Shown piece after piece: positions 55,473 to 63,956 of a stretch of DNA of 64,000 bases. The notes under the pieces are model-generated. The model was not told where the DNA came from, did no database searches, and was given only the letters and a program-made list of their open reading frames with translations. A program made the position numbers and the translations under genes. The stretch's first letter is position 1; every line of letters starts with the position of its first letter. Source of the stretch: an uncultured virus (IMG/VR IMGVR_UViG_3300000956_000008) (Duplodnaviria; Heunggongvirae; Uroviricota; Caudoviricetes); the IMG/VR virus record IMGVR_UViG_3300000956_000008, one strand, 5' to 3'.

Positions 55473-55923
55473 GTTTCAATTCCTCGACAGTAGCCATAGC
55501 GCCAATAGAGACGCCGTTAATATCACCAGACTTCACACCATCCCAAAGAGCTTGCGATGTTTCGTCGCCTTCTGGGAAGTGCCACCATTGCAACCAAGTA
55601 CCCTTTTTAACTTCCACTCCGTTGTCAAGCTTGAAGCTTGCGGGTGCAATGAAGGACTGGACAATTTCGGCTTTCTGTGTTTCGACTTGGTGAAAGAGAT
55701 TAGCAACTTGGCAGTGTGTATTGAAGTTGTTACAGGCTTTCTCTACTTCCTCTTCGGTGTAGATATCACCGTGTAGGTCAACAGAGTCAGGCTCAAGAAC
55801 AACAAACATCGCCATACGCTTCTCATCATTGAGAGCTTTAGTTACTTCAACTTGTACTGGAGACTCTTGCGAGCCTCCAAAATGTTTTTCAATCAGTTCA
55901 GCGAGTGCATCAACGAATTTCAT
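55465..55923 (-). CDS. prohead serine protease (XkdF-like)
   Basis: VLEPD..DLHGD, NLFH, GTW, GVSIG. Confidence 0.85.
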   Translation of the reverse strand: MKFVDALAELIEKHFGGSQESPVQVEVTKALNDEKRMAMFVVLEPDSVDLHGDIYTEEEVEKACNNFNTHCQVANLFHQVETQKAEIVQSFIAPASFKLDNGVEVKKGTWLQWWHFPEGDETSQALWDGVKSGDINGVSIGAMATVEELKHD

Positions 55924-55932
55924 TGTGGCTCC

Positions 55933-57390
55933 TTATGCGTTGTTTGCAGCAGCGTTGTCTCTGCCAGAAGCTTTCTTAGAAGCACCATTACCACCGCCAG
56001 CTTTCATTCCGTCACCAGCTTGGCTTTCGCCTCCCATGATTTCGTCTTTGTCTACTGGTTCATCTGGCTTCTTAGGTACAACTTTGATAGATTCACGAAT
56101 CTTGTTCGCCATATCGCGGTCAAGTTCAAGAGCACCAACACTACCCATACGTTGAATAGCTTTGGAGAATTCATCCAAGTCAACTTCGTCAAGATCACCG
56201 TAGCACAGTTTAGGCAGTTCTCTTGCTGTCAGGATTTCTCCGTTAAGAGCAAAGAGTTGTGGGATCAGATCGTTGTTAAGCGTGTCTTGAATCTCTTTCA
56301 GACGGGCTTCAATAGCCATCGCCATGATGTTTGTTTTTGCACCAGCAAGCGAGTACGATCCAACTTGATCCTGACCCATCTTCAACATATCAGCAAACAA
56401 CACCATTAGGATTTTGTTATCCCAACGCTTGATGATTACGTCTGTGTCGTACATCTTTCCACCTTGAGTGGAAGTCAGTTCAAACTTGAAGAGAGGTTGA
56501 CGGCTCTCTGGGTCAAATGCCTGTGGCAAGATGAGTCCAGATTGTTCGTTCATTTGGATGTTACGGATAACGTTCTTGTAGTATTCGAAGATTGCCTTCT
56601 CACTATCAGATGCGTCTTCACTCATATAGCGTGGTGGAAGATACAGAGTTGGCATACCGTTCATGTCACGTGTGACACCGATAGCTTCCTGTTCTTCAAT
56701 CTGTCTACGGAAGAGCCAAGCGTTGTAGCAACCACGTAGAGGGCTGTTGCCTTCTGGGTTGTCACGCTTTGCGTCTACACGAAACAGCATGAATTTCTTA
56801 CGAGGGATTTGAATGATGCCGTTCTGACTCAGGTTGAAGTAGCGATCACCGTTCTGAACGCCCGCTAGGGACTGTTCAAGACCGACTAGATCACGACCGT
56901 CGTCACTGTATACCCAACGAGAGATTGTGTCCTGAGAGCGAACTGGGAGCTTCCTGATGCCAATCTTGTTGTCATTGTAAGAAGAGCCAGACTCAAATGT
57001 ACGACGACGATATACTTTCTCATGAACAGAGAAGCCATACGTGTACATACTTGTTACCTCACGAATGAAGTCAGCAAAGCTGTGTTCCATATCGTTGATA
57101 ACGGACTCAAGGAATTCTCCGCGAGCTTTCATTGCAGCATCTGGTTCAATCCCCAGATCAACACTCCAATCAACACGACTGATCATCATCTCAACAAGAG
57201 AGATGGCAGACTTGATTGTAGCGTCTTGGGACATTGTACGGAATGTTTTGCACGCCTCTGGGAACCTAAGTTCACGACGATTCTCTTCCGCTACATGCCC
57301 ACCATATTGTTTAAGTCCAATAGCACCAATCTCACCAAGGCGAAGTCTGGGCATCGGAGCAGCTACTTTCTCAACTTTTCTCTTAGCCAT
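55933..57390 (-). CDS. portal protein (DUF935-like)
   Basis: YGFSVHEKV, NPEG.SPLR, GSYSL, LIPQL..LN. Confidence 0.9.
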   Translation of the reverse strand: MAKRKVEKVAAPMPRLRLGEIGAIGLKQYGGHVAEENRRELRFPEACKTFRTMSQDATIKSAISLVEMMISRVDWSVDLGIEPDAAMKARGEFLESVINDMEHSFADFIREVTSMYTYGFSVHEKVYRRRTFESGSSYNDNKIGIRKLPVRSQDTISRWVYSDDGRDLVGLEQSLAGVQNGDRYFNLSQNGIIQIPRKKFMLFRVDAKRDNPEGNSPLRGCYNAWLFRRQIEEQEAIGVTRDMNGMPTLYLPPRYMSEDASDSEKAIFEYYKNVIRNIQMNEQSGLILPQAFDPESRQPLFKFELTSTQGGKMYDTDVIIKRWDNKILMVLFADMLKMGQDQVGSYSLAGAKTNIMAMAIEARLKEIQDTLNNDLIPQLFALNGEILTARELPKLCYGDLDEVDLDEFSKAIQRMGSVGALELDRDMANKIRESIKVVPKKPDEPVDKDEIMGGESQAGDGMKAGGGNGASKKASGRDNAAANNA

Positions 57391-57401
57391 TAATCCTCAC
57401 C

Positions 57402-58871
57402 TTATCTGTAGAATGCGAATGGGTTAGTCTGTGTCATTGTTGGGACCGAGAAGTCAGGAAGATATTGTTCAGAAGACAATGCGTGGAAGGCATCAGATGT
57501 GGCGTCCACTTGGTCATCCTTAATATTCTTGCTACCGTCAAACCTTTCAAGTTCAAGTAGGTAGTCCTTCGTCCAGTCAGCCTCTACAATCTCAACGCTA
57601 CCAGCTTCTGCTGTTGCAGCAAAAGGAGCGAATCGAGTGACCTTAGATTTGTTAGTTGTTTTCATACGAGCCATAAAACCATGATCTGCCAAGTCACGAA
57701 TGAGCTGAGCAGCATAAGCTTTACCGGCAGCACCGGGGTCGCATGGAACGATAATTTGTACATCATCACCATCGTGTCTTGCAGTTTCCAGAATCATGTC
57801 GAATACACCACCATGACGGCGACGATCACGAACAACATCTTCAACTGTATAGATGCCCATCTTGTTTCTGCTCATAAGAACACCAGCAGTCCAGTCAGGG
57901 TTTCGATTGGTTTCAGATTCAACAGTACCACTGATATCCCACGCTCTTACTCTCTTAATAGATTTCAGGTCACGTTGAGTCACCATGTTGCACCATTGCG
58001 ATTTGAAGTATCCTGTACCTTCAGCACGTGCAAGCCAACTACCATAAAGTAGGCGAGCCTTCTCAACACGACCTAATCCTTCAAGCCAACCAACATACTC
58101 TGGCTGTGCTTTACATAGAACTGGGTTGTCGTAGACGTTAGCTGCAATGAATTTGAAGCTGAGAGGTTTAACTTGGTCTTCATGATCATGGGCTAGATGC
58201 GGCTTGCCATACTTCTCAATCAACTCAGCCTTCGTATCGCCCCACATCATCTTTCCGTCCATCTTGAGGAAGTAACGGACAATGCCGTCTCTTTCAGGAA
58301 GAGGAATTCCAGTTTCTGGATCAAGCCACCAATCCAACCAATGACGCAAGAAGCTGCCATAGTCAGGGTTGCAAGTGATCTTCATGTGAGGTTTAACTTC
58401 TGGACACTTAGGGTTACGCATACGAGAAGTGAGGTATTCAACCATCATTTCTTCAAACTGCTGGCCTTCGTCCACAAGGAAGTGGTTTACTTCCCAGCCT
58501 TGGAAGTTCTCAGTGTCTTTTGGGTTTTCGAAGTGACGGAGATAAATTCTAGCTCCGTTAGAGAAGAGGAAGTGGTGTTCTTTATCACGCCATCTTACCT
58601 TTGGATCAATCAGCTTAAAGAGTTCTTCGGCTTTCTCTTGGAGTCCGCCCGGACCTTTAAGTTGTGGAGTTGTACGTCTTACCATACAACCACGGAATTT
58701 TGGATACTGGACGTGTTTAAGGAAATCCATAACACCCAGATAACTTTTGCCTGCTCCAGCAGCTCCACCGAATACGGTAATATCTGCTTCGCTATGCATG
58801 AAGTCGTATTGCTTTTTCGACTTTGGCCCGATGACGTTAGGGTCCAAGTCAAAGACCATATCGTCAGCCAT
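57402..58871 (-). CDS. terL: terminase large subunit
   Basis: GGAAGAGKS, VDEGQQF, TCNP, RAWD, DDQVDA. Confidence 0.95.
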   Translation of the reverse strand: MADDMVFDLDPNVIGPKSKKQYDFMHSEADITVFGGAAGAGKSYLGVMDFLKHVQYPKFRGCMVRRTTPQLKGPGGLQEKAEELFKLIDPKVRWRDKEHHFLFSNGARIYLRHFENPKDTENFQGWEVNHFLVDEGQQFEEMMVEYLTSRMRNPKCPEVKPHMKITCNPDYGSFLRHWLDWWLDPETGIPLPERDGIVRYFLKMDGKMMWGDTKAELIEKYGKPHLAHDHEDQVKPLSFKFIAANVYDNPVLCKAQPEYVGWLEGLGRVEKARLLYGSWLARAEGTGYFKSQWCNMVTQRDLKSIKRVRAWDISGTVESETNRNPDWTAGVLMSRNKMGIYTVEDVVRDRRRHGGVFDMILETARHDGDDVQIIVPCDPGAAGKAYAAQLIRDLADHGFMARMKTTNKSKVTRFAPFAATAEAGSVEIVEADWTKDYLLELERFDGSKNIKDDQVDATSDAFHALSSEQYLPDFSVPTMTQTNPFAFYR

Positions 58872-58959
58872 TGCCTGTCCTCATTTTAGAAAGTAATAAA
58901 GGGCGACCCCGAAGGGTCATCCCTGTTTTCCTGTTAGAGAGTTGCTCTCTATGTATATT

Positions 58960-58987
58960 ATTGTACATCGGAATCGCCAGTTGTCAA
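58960..58987 (-). promoter_or_regulatory. promoter TTGACA-N16-TACAAT upstream of terL
   Basis: Read directly. Confidence 0.6.
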
Positions 58988-59019
58988 CCCCTAAGCATAA
59001 CATTTATTGAAAATAGATG

Positions 59020-59241
59020 TCAAGCCTTCAATGCAGCAATAATTGCATTGACTTTAACCTTCAATGCGTTGACCAAAGTGATGGCCGTTGCTTCGTCAGT
59101 TGCGTCTGCTGTAGTCACTGTCGTAAGGGCAGTAATAGCAGCAGCTTGACCAGCGTCAATGAAAGCTCCAGCTTTGATGCCTTCCAGCAATCCAAGTTGT
59201 GCGATCAGTTCGTATTGTTCTGTTGGTGTTGTTAGAGCCAT
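59020..59241 (-). CDS. small head-fibre-like protein
   Basis: ADATDEATAITLVNALKVKVNAIIAALKA trimeric coiled-coil motif. Confidence 0.55.
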   Translation of the reverse strand: MALTTPTEQYELIAQLGLLEGIKAGAFIDAGQAAAITALTTVTTADATDEATAITLVNALKVKVNAIIAALKA

Positions 59242-59257
59242 AGTATTTTCCTTGTAA

Positions 59258-60535
59258 TTACGCAGCAATCGCTGCTAGTTGTTTGACTTTGATTGTCCCA
59301 GTCATTGGGATGTTTTGACTCGCATAAACAGCTACACGAATCTTAACCTCTGTGCATCCAGATGTAATTGTTGTGGTTGGGGTTTCTTGAACACCAGACA
59401 CTTTAACACTACTCATCGGGAATCCATCTTGGTAACGGTCACAGCATTTAGAGTTGTATGTTCCAGAGTCGAGGAAACGGAAGTCGAGACTCACGCCAAG
59501 GCATCCAGTTAGTTCAAACTCAATATCAGCAACAGCTTTGATGTTTGCAGCAAGCTTGGCGTTGGCAAGGGTAATGATCTGCTCAAAGGTGAACAGGGCT
59601 CCAGATGTTGTTGGAGTGCCGCTGAACTTGAAGACTTGAGCTTCCCCAACAGTAGCAGCTTCTTTCGAGGCTACAACCGACATACCTGTCCAAGAGCTTC
59701 CAGCAATCGTGTAACCCGTTGCTACTTCACCTGTGGCGTTGGCAGACGCGCTCTTAGTCCCTGTGGTGCCTGTCAGCAAGGCGTTAGAGTTGATCTGACC
59801 AAACGGGTTGGTTGCAGAGTCATAAGCGCTTGTAACGCGAGGTAGGGGCACTGGAGAGGTGAATAGGTCTTGAATCTCTTTGGCGACAGCTTCACCAACG
59901 ATGCGGGCACCAACTGGGTTCCAGTGTAGGCCGTCAACTGTAACAGCAGCGGTATCAGTCATCTTGTCCCAAACGTCTACAACACGCACACCAAGCTTTG
60001 GAAGGTAGCTGTTGATCCAAGCTCTCACCTGTTCGTGAATAAGCTGACGTGGGGCAGATAGGGCGTTAGCACCACCGCGTGGAGTCTCGTTAATGAATAC
60101 AACGATCTTACCTGCTTGTTTCAACTTCATCACAACACCTTCGATGTTCTGTTGAGTTTGTGCAAGAGTGAAATCGGAAGTACGGTCGTTAGTAGAGATT
60201 AGGCAAATAACAATATCAGCAGCAGAGGCAATTACATCACCTACGCGAGCAGCCCACTGGGCAGAAGTGTTACCACCGACACCAAAGTTGAACGCTGGTT
60301 CAAAGAAGATACGACCACCAGAGTATTGACCAAGCCAAGAGGCGTAGCCATAGTTTTCTGTGATCTTGTTTGGAAGAGTGCCGCTAGAACAGTTTGCTGT
60401 ACGACTATCACCATAAATGGCTACGTTACGTCGTAGGGGCTTGACTCCAGCACTAGAGATAAGGCCAGCAGAGATAATACCGTCAAGTCCAATAGAGGCT
60501 AGAGCTTTCAGCATATCGTTTGGTGTTAGGTTCAT
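59258..60535 (-). CDS. SGNH/GDSL hydrolase with C-terminal beta-sandwich
   Basis: Blocks YGDSRT, GVGG, STND, DGLH. Confidence 0.88.
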   Translation of the reverse strand: MNLTPNDMLKALASIGLDGIISAGLISSAGVKPLRRNVAIYGDSRTANCSSGTLPNKITENYGYASWLGQYSGGRIFFEPAFNFGVGGNTSAQWAARVGDVIASAADIVICLISTNDRTSDFTLAQTQQNIEGVVMKLKQAGKIVVFINETPRGGANALSAPRQLIHEQVRAWINSYLPKLGVRVVDVWDKMTDTAAVTVDGLHWNPVGARIVGEAVAKEIQDLFTSPVPLPRVTSAYDSATNPFGQINSNALLTGTTGTKSASANATGEVATGYTIAGSSWTGMSVVASKEAATVGEAQVFKFSGTPTTSGALFTFEQIITLANAKLAANIKAVADIEFELTGCLGVSLDFRFLDSGTYNSKCCDRYQDGFPMSSVKVSGVQETPTTTITSGCTEVKIRVAVYASQNIPMTGTIKVKQLAAIAA

Positions 60536-60565
60536 GGTTGTTCCTTTTTGGAATTATAGAAACAA

Positions 60566-60588
60566 GAAAACCCTCAAGAAGAGGGTTG
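60566..60588 (-). terminator. terminator after tRNA array
   Basis: AACCCTC-TTCTT-GAGGGTT-TTCTT. Confidence 0.7.
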
Positions 60589-60652
60589 TCGAGACAAGAC
60601 AGACTGCGTTGATAGCACGAAGCTATGTAGAGGTGGGTCAGTCGTCTGTGTT

Positions 60653-60728
60653 TGGTGCATTCTTGAGGTATCGAGCCTCATCCTCTGGGGTTTCAATCCA
60701 GTGCTTCTACCTAGTTAGCTTAGAATGC
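60653..60728 (-). tRNA. tRNA-Phe(GAA)
   Basis: Cloverleaf, encoded CCA. Confidence 0.8.
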
Positions 60729-60732
60729 GAAT

Positions 60733-60808
60733 TGGTGCGGGATTAGGGAGTCGAACCCTAGTTCCTCGGGTGGAAGCCGAGAGTATTAGACCTCTATACG
60801 AATCACGC
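60733..60808 (-). tRNA. tRNA-Gly(TCC)
   Basis: CTCGG-CTTCCAC-CCGAG, TTCGA, CCA. Confidence 0.9.
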
Positions 60809-60813
60809 ATGTT

Positions 60814-60888
60814 TGGAGCCATCTATGGGAGTTGAACCCATCTATTACTGGTTTGCAATCAGCACCCTAGCCGCTCAGGCAAGATGGA
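60814..60888 (-). tRNA. tRNA-Cys(GCA)
   Basis: Cloverleaf, U73, CCA. Confidence 0.85.
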
Positions 60889-60895
60889 CATAATT

Positions 60896-60980
60896 TGGTG
60901 GGCCAAGAGGGTCACGATCCCTCAATCCTTTCGGCGGCAGTTTCTAAGACTGCTGTGTATACCAGTTCCACCACTGGCCC
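60896..60980 (-). tRNA. tRNA-Leu(TAG)
   Basis: Long variable arm, CCA. Confidence 0.9.
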
Positions 60981-60986
60981 ATAATT

Positions 60987-61060
60987 TGGGGTGACGCAGA
61001 GATTCGAACTCTTTCAACCGGGTCACAACCGGAAGTCTCAGCCAGAGAGAACGACGTCAC
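60987..61060 (-). tRNA. tRNA-His(GTG)
   Basis: Cloverleaf, C73, CCA. Confidence 0.8.
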
Positions 61061-61205
61061 AGTCAAGCGTGTTGCTTTGTAATTCTTGCTCAGCCTCTTT
61101 CAAGGTCTGTTTGTCTAGTTGACGTTCTTTGAGCATTACACGGTCACAGCATCTGCATGATAATGTTTCATATCGTTTTGCACGTTGCTTGAGTCTAACT
61201 TTCAT
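61038..61205 (-). CDS. 55-aa protein within tRNA array, running into tRNA-His
   Basis: AGGAG RBS; MKVRLKQRAKRYETLSCRCCDR... Confidence 0.5.
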   Translation of the reverse strand: MKVRLKQRAKRYETLSCRCCDRVMLKERQLDKQTLKEAEQELQSNTLDCDVVLSG

Positions 61206-61221
61206 ATCGTCTCCTATAATT

Positions 61222-61295
61222 TGGTGGACCGTCGGGGAGTCAAACCCCGCCTTCTACGGTGCAAGCGTAGCGAACTATCGAAATTCTTACAGCCC
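61222..61295 (-). tRNA. tRNA-Ala(TGC)
   Basis: G3:U70 pair, CCA. Confidence 0.85.
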
Positions 61296-61376
61296 ATTGT
61301 CGCGTTTTGCTGCCCTTGTCAGGTACGATGTAATCCAAGCAATTAGGGCGAGGCACATACACCTTTTCAACAAAAT

Positions 61377-61450
61377 TGGTCACTCGGGGTGGAGTCGAAC
61401 CACCGCCACTTCGTTCCAAACAAAGTACGCTACCGTAACGCTTCCGAGAG
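61377..61450 (-). tRNA. tRNA-Pro(TGG)
   Basis: Cloverleaf, CCA. Confidence 0.85.
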
Positions 61451-61471
61451 ATAAATCATTTACATCTTAAT

Positions 61472-61556
61472 TGGTGCCGCCTAATGGAATCGAACCACAT
61501 ATCCAGAGGCCAGTGGTTTACAGCCACCTAGTTGTCCCAGCAACTCTTTAGTCGGC
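61472..61556 (-). tRNA. tRNA-Tyr(GTA)
   Basis: Long variable arm, CCA. Confidence 0.8.
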
Positions 61557-61564
61557 ATTTAAAT

Positions 61565-61650
61565 TGGCTGGCGCGGTAGGACTCGAACCTACAAGACCTT
61601 TCGGAAGCTCCGTTAACAGCGGAGTGCAGTACCATTATGCTTACACGCCA
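61565..61650 (-). tRNA. tRNA-Asn(GTT) with atypical long variable arm
   Basis: CTCCG-CTGTTAA-CGGAG then CTTCCGAAAGGTCTT, G73, CCA. Confidence 0.85.
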
Positions 61651-61719
61651 ATTTATTCTGATAGAGACTATATTTATACAGCACACTCTATCTGGCTGTA
61701 CCCGTGGGGAGCACGTGTT

Positions 61720-61796
61720 TGGTTGCGGGTGTAGGATTTGAACCTACGCGATACAGGATATGAGCCTGCTGTTCTACCAGACTGAACTAACCCGCA
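61720..61796 (-). tRNA. tRNA-Met(CAT) (fMet/Met/Ile2 identity unresolved)
   Basis: Cloverleaf, CCA. Confidence 0.85.
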
Positions 61797-61816
61797 TTTG
61801 TTTGGTGTTTCTAATT

Positions 61817-61890
61817 TGGTCGCCAGAGAAGGTAACGCTCCTTCGTTTTAGAGTTATCAGCTCTGCGTTCTACTTTTGAACTATCCGGCA
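61817..61890 (-). tRNA. tRNA-Ile(GAT)
   Basis: Cloverleaf, atypical T-loop, CCA. Confidence 0.8.
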
Positions 61891-61896
61891 TTTGTT

Positions 61897-61973
61897 TGGT
61901 AGAGGACAAGGGATTCGAACCCATATCTCCTTCGTTCGTAGCGAAAGGCTCTGTCCAGTTAAGCTAATCCTCT
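61897..61973 (-). tRNA. tRNA-Arg(ACG)
   Basis: Cloverleaf, CCA. Confidence 0.9.
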
Positions 61974-61979
61974 ATTGTT

Positions 61980-62054
61980 TGGTGCCCCATCACAGAATCG
62001 AACTGCGATATCCTGATTACAAAACAGGCGTAATGACCATTATACGAAAAGGGC
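61980..62054 (-). tRNA. tRNA-Thr(TGT)
   Basis: Cloverleaf, CCA. Confidence 0.88.
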
Positions 62055-62059
62055 GAATT

Positions 62060-62135
62060 TGGCGGCTCATAGGGAATTCGAATCCCTCCTTCCTGATAGA
62101 CAGTCAAGCGTGCTAACCGCTAACACTAATGAGCC
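62060..62135 (-). tRNA. tRNA-Asp(GTC)
   Basis: Cloverleaf, G73, CCA. Confidence 0.9.
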
Positions 62136-62139
62136 AAAT

Positions 62140-62216
62140 TGGTACTCTTGGTGGGACTCGAACCCAACATCAACTGATTGAAAGTCAGCCATCCTATACC
62201 TTTAGACGACAAGAGC
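62140..62216 (-). tRNA. tRNA-Glu(TTC)
   Basis: Cloverleaf, CCA. Confidence 0.9.
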
Positions 62217-62224
62217 ATTAATTC

Positions 62225-62350
62225 TTATTTGCCGCTGACAGGGTGTTTGTCTTTGCGGGCTTTGTTCGGATGACGACCTTTGCTGTCTTTCAAGCGAGTC
62301 TTGTCAACCGGAGCATGTTCTTTTGTTGCATCGTATGGACGTTGTGCCAT
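62225..62350 (-). CDS. 41-aa basic peptide within tRNA array
   Basis: AAGGAG RBS; MAQRPYDATKEHAPVDKTRLKDSKGRHPNKARKDKHPVSGK; TTGACA upstream at 62407-62412. Confidence 0.6.
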   Translation of the reverse strand: MAQRPYDATKEHAPVDKTRLKDSKGRHPNKARKDKHPVSGK

Positions 62351-62441
62351 TTCTTTCTCTCCTTTTATTTAACTTGTTAGAGTATTAGAACATGGGAAAT
62401 CCATATTGTCAATACCTTACTTCAAATTATTTTACTTTATT

Positions 62442-62516
62442 TGGTGCTGGATGTAGGGTTCGAACCTACCTAAAGCGGCTTAGAAGACCGCTGCACATCC
62501 AATATACCAATCCAGC
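62442..62516 (-). tRNA. tRNA-Arg(TCT)
   Basis: Cloverleaf, CCA. Confidence 0.88.
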
Positions 62517-62521
62517 TTATT

Positions 62522-62596
62522 TGGCGGGCCATCGAGGTTACGATCCCCGTCCACATGGCTTTGGAGGCCAGTATGCTGCCATCACAATCAAGACCC
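62522..62596 (-). tRNA. tRNA-Trp(CCA)
   Basis: Cloverleaf with mismatches, G73, CCA. Confidence 0.75.
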
Positions 62597-62687
62597 TTAA
62601 TTCGTGGGAGACACTTATAACACGCTGTCTCCTGAGCGTCACATCACCAGTTGGTTTGGTGATCATACCAAGGCGCGGTATGTTCTT

Positions 62688-63248
62688 TTATTCGTCACCG
62701 TATCCATCAAATGGGTTGCACGTACCAACGAACTGGGCAAAGCCCTTGTTTTTAAACTTCTCTGTGGTCATCTTCCAGCCGAGCCGCACACGCAAATCGC
62801 GTGTAGCACTCCAAGGCTTGACACAGTAGTATTCGAATCCAATCAGCTTGTTGCCTTCATACAGCTTGGCAAACATGCCGCCGGGAATCTTAGACTTGTC
62901 AGAGATATCAGGATTACCTGTGATGGTCATTGTAGCTGTATCAGACCACTTGATGGCAGAGCGCTTGGCAAGGCCGTACAGAGGGTTTCTGAGCATCCAC
63001 ATGACACGGTTCACGTATCCTTTGAAGCCTGTTGTAACACCGAGGAACAAACAACGTTTGGCTACGAATCCTTGATCACCCTGTGGAGGGTTATCGTATG
63101 TACCCCAAAGCCATCCCCAAGTATATTCAGTCTTACCGTATTCCTGTGCCCGCGTGAACAGAGGAACGATCAATGCTGCGGGAAGTGCAGTGAAGATTGT
63201 CATCAAGATATCAACAACGAGTAGCATTGTGAATCGTAGGTAAATCAT
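62688..63248 (-). CDS. membrane-anchored hypothetical protein
   Basis: Start MIYLRF after GGAGG; TM then W.T.DN...GD, W..RNP.YG, RLGWK. Confidence 0.8.
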   Translation of the reverse strand: MIYLRFTMLLVVDILMTIFTALPAALIVPLFTRAQEYGKTEYTWGWLWGTYDNPPQGDQGFVAKRCLFLGVTTGFKGYVNRVMWMLRNPLYGLAKRSAIKWSDTATMTITGNPDISDKSKIPGGMFAKLYEGNKLIGFEYYCVKPWSATRDLRVRLGWKMTTEKFKNKGFAQFVGTCNPFDGYGDE

Positions 63249-63265
63249 TGTGCCTCCAGTTTGTT

Positions 63266-63342
63266 TGGAAGAGGGAGTGGGGGTCGAACCCACAATTGCT
63301 GGATTCAAAGTCCAGTGCGTCTACCAGTTCCGCCATCCCTCA
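63266..63342 (-). tRNA. tRNA-Gln(TTG)
   Basis: Cloverleaf, CCA. Confidence 0.88.
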
Positions 63343-63490
63343 ATTAAATTAGTACCGAGAGCATTCTAAGGATGGCCATCCGTCGTCAACTCTCTAGTCA
63401 CGTTTCATCCGCTTTGTGAACCACACCCTTTCAGGTGTCCGCCGAGGCTTGGGAGGGAATCGAACCCTAACGCGATTACTTTGTGATGTT

Positions 63491-63564
63491 TGGTGCTTCG
63501 TGAGAGAATTGAACTCCCGTCTGTTGCGTGTAAAGCAACGGCCCTACCATTAGACGAACGAAGC
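63491..63564 (-). tRNA. tRNA-Val(TAC)
   Basis: Cloverleaf, CCA. Confidence 0.9.
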
Positions 63565-63569
63565 TTGTT

Positions 63570-63646
63570 TGGTGGGCCTTCCCAGACTCGAACTGGGAAC
63601 ATCTTCATTTTGAGTGAAGCATGACTGCCAATTGCATCAAAGGCCC
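63570..63646 (-). tRNA. tRNA-Leu(CAA) with short variable loop
   Basis: CTTCA-CTCAAAA-TGAAG, 5-nt variable loop, A73, CCA. Confidence 0.85.
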
Positions 63647-63655
63647 ATTTTTGTT

Positions 63656-63745
63656 TGGAGGCGAGTGAGGGATTCAAACCCTCGGACCCCTTTCGGAGTC
63701 GCTAGTTTTCTAAACTAGAGCAATCGTTCACTCTACCAACTCGCC
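63656..63745 (-). tRNA. tRNA-Ser(AGA)
   Basis: CTAGT-TTAGAAA-ACTAG, long variable arm, CCA. Confidence 0.85.
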
Positions 63746-63867
63746 AAAATTTAGAGGTTCAACTTGGGACTCATACCCCTACCGGACTATCGCAACATTC
63801 CGAGTGCAACCCAGCCGCGAACCCTCACGCTGATGCAGTTTTCTTTTCAGGAGCGACCTGAACATCT

Positions 63868-63956
63868 TGGCAGAGAGCTGAGGTCTTGATCCCCAACCGT
63901 GTTAACGATCCCTTTGTTTAGCAAACAAGGCCAGCCACCTGACTGGGTAACTCTCT
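63868..63956 (-). tRNA. tRNA-Ser(GCT)
   Basis: Long variable arm, G73, CCA. Confidence 0.8.

Noticed and set aside
61129..63677. Track ORFs 61129-61470, 61892-62116, 62392-62829, 63405-63677 and the extended start of 62688-63308
   Set aside because: They run across clear tRNA genes
60653..63956. Stop-codon reassignment
   Set aside because: No suppressor anticodons; core genes are intact under the standard bacterial code with all three stops used
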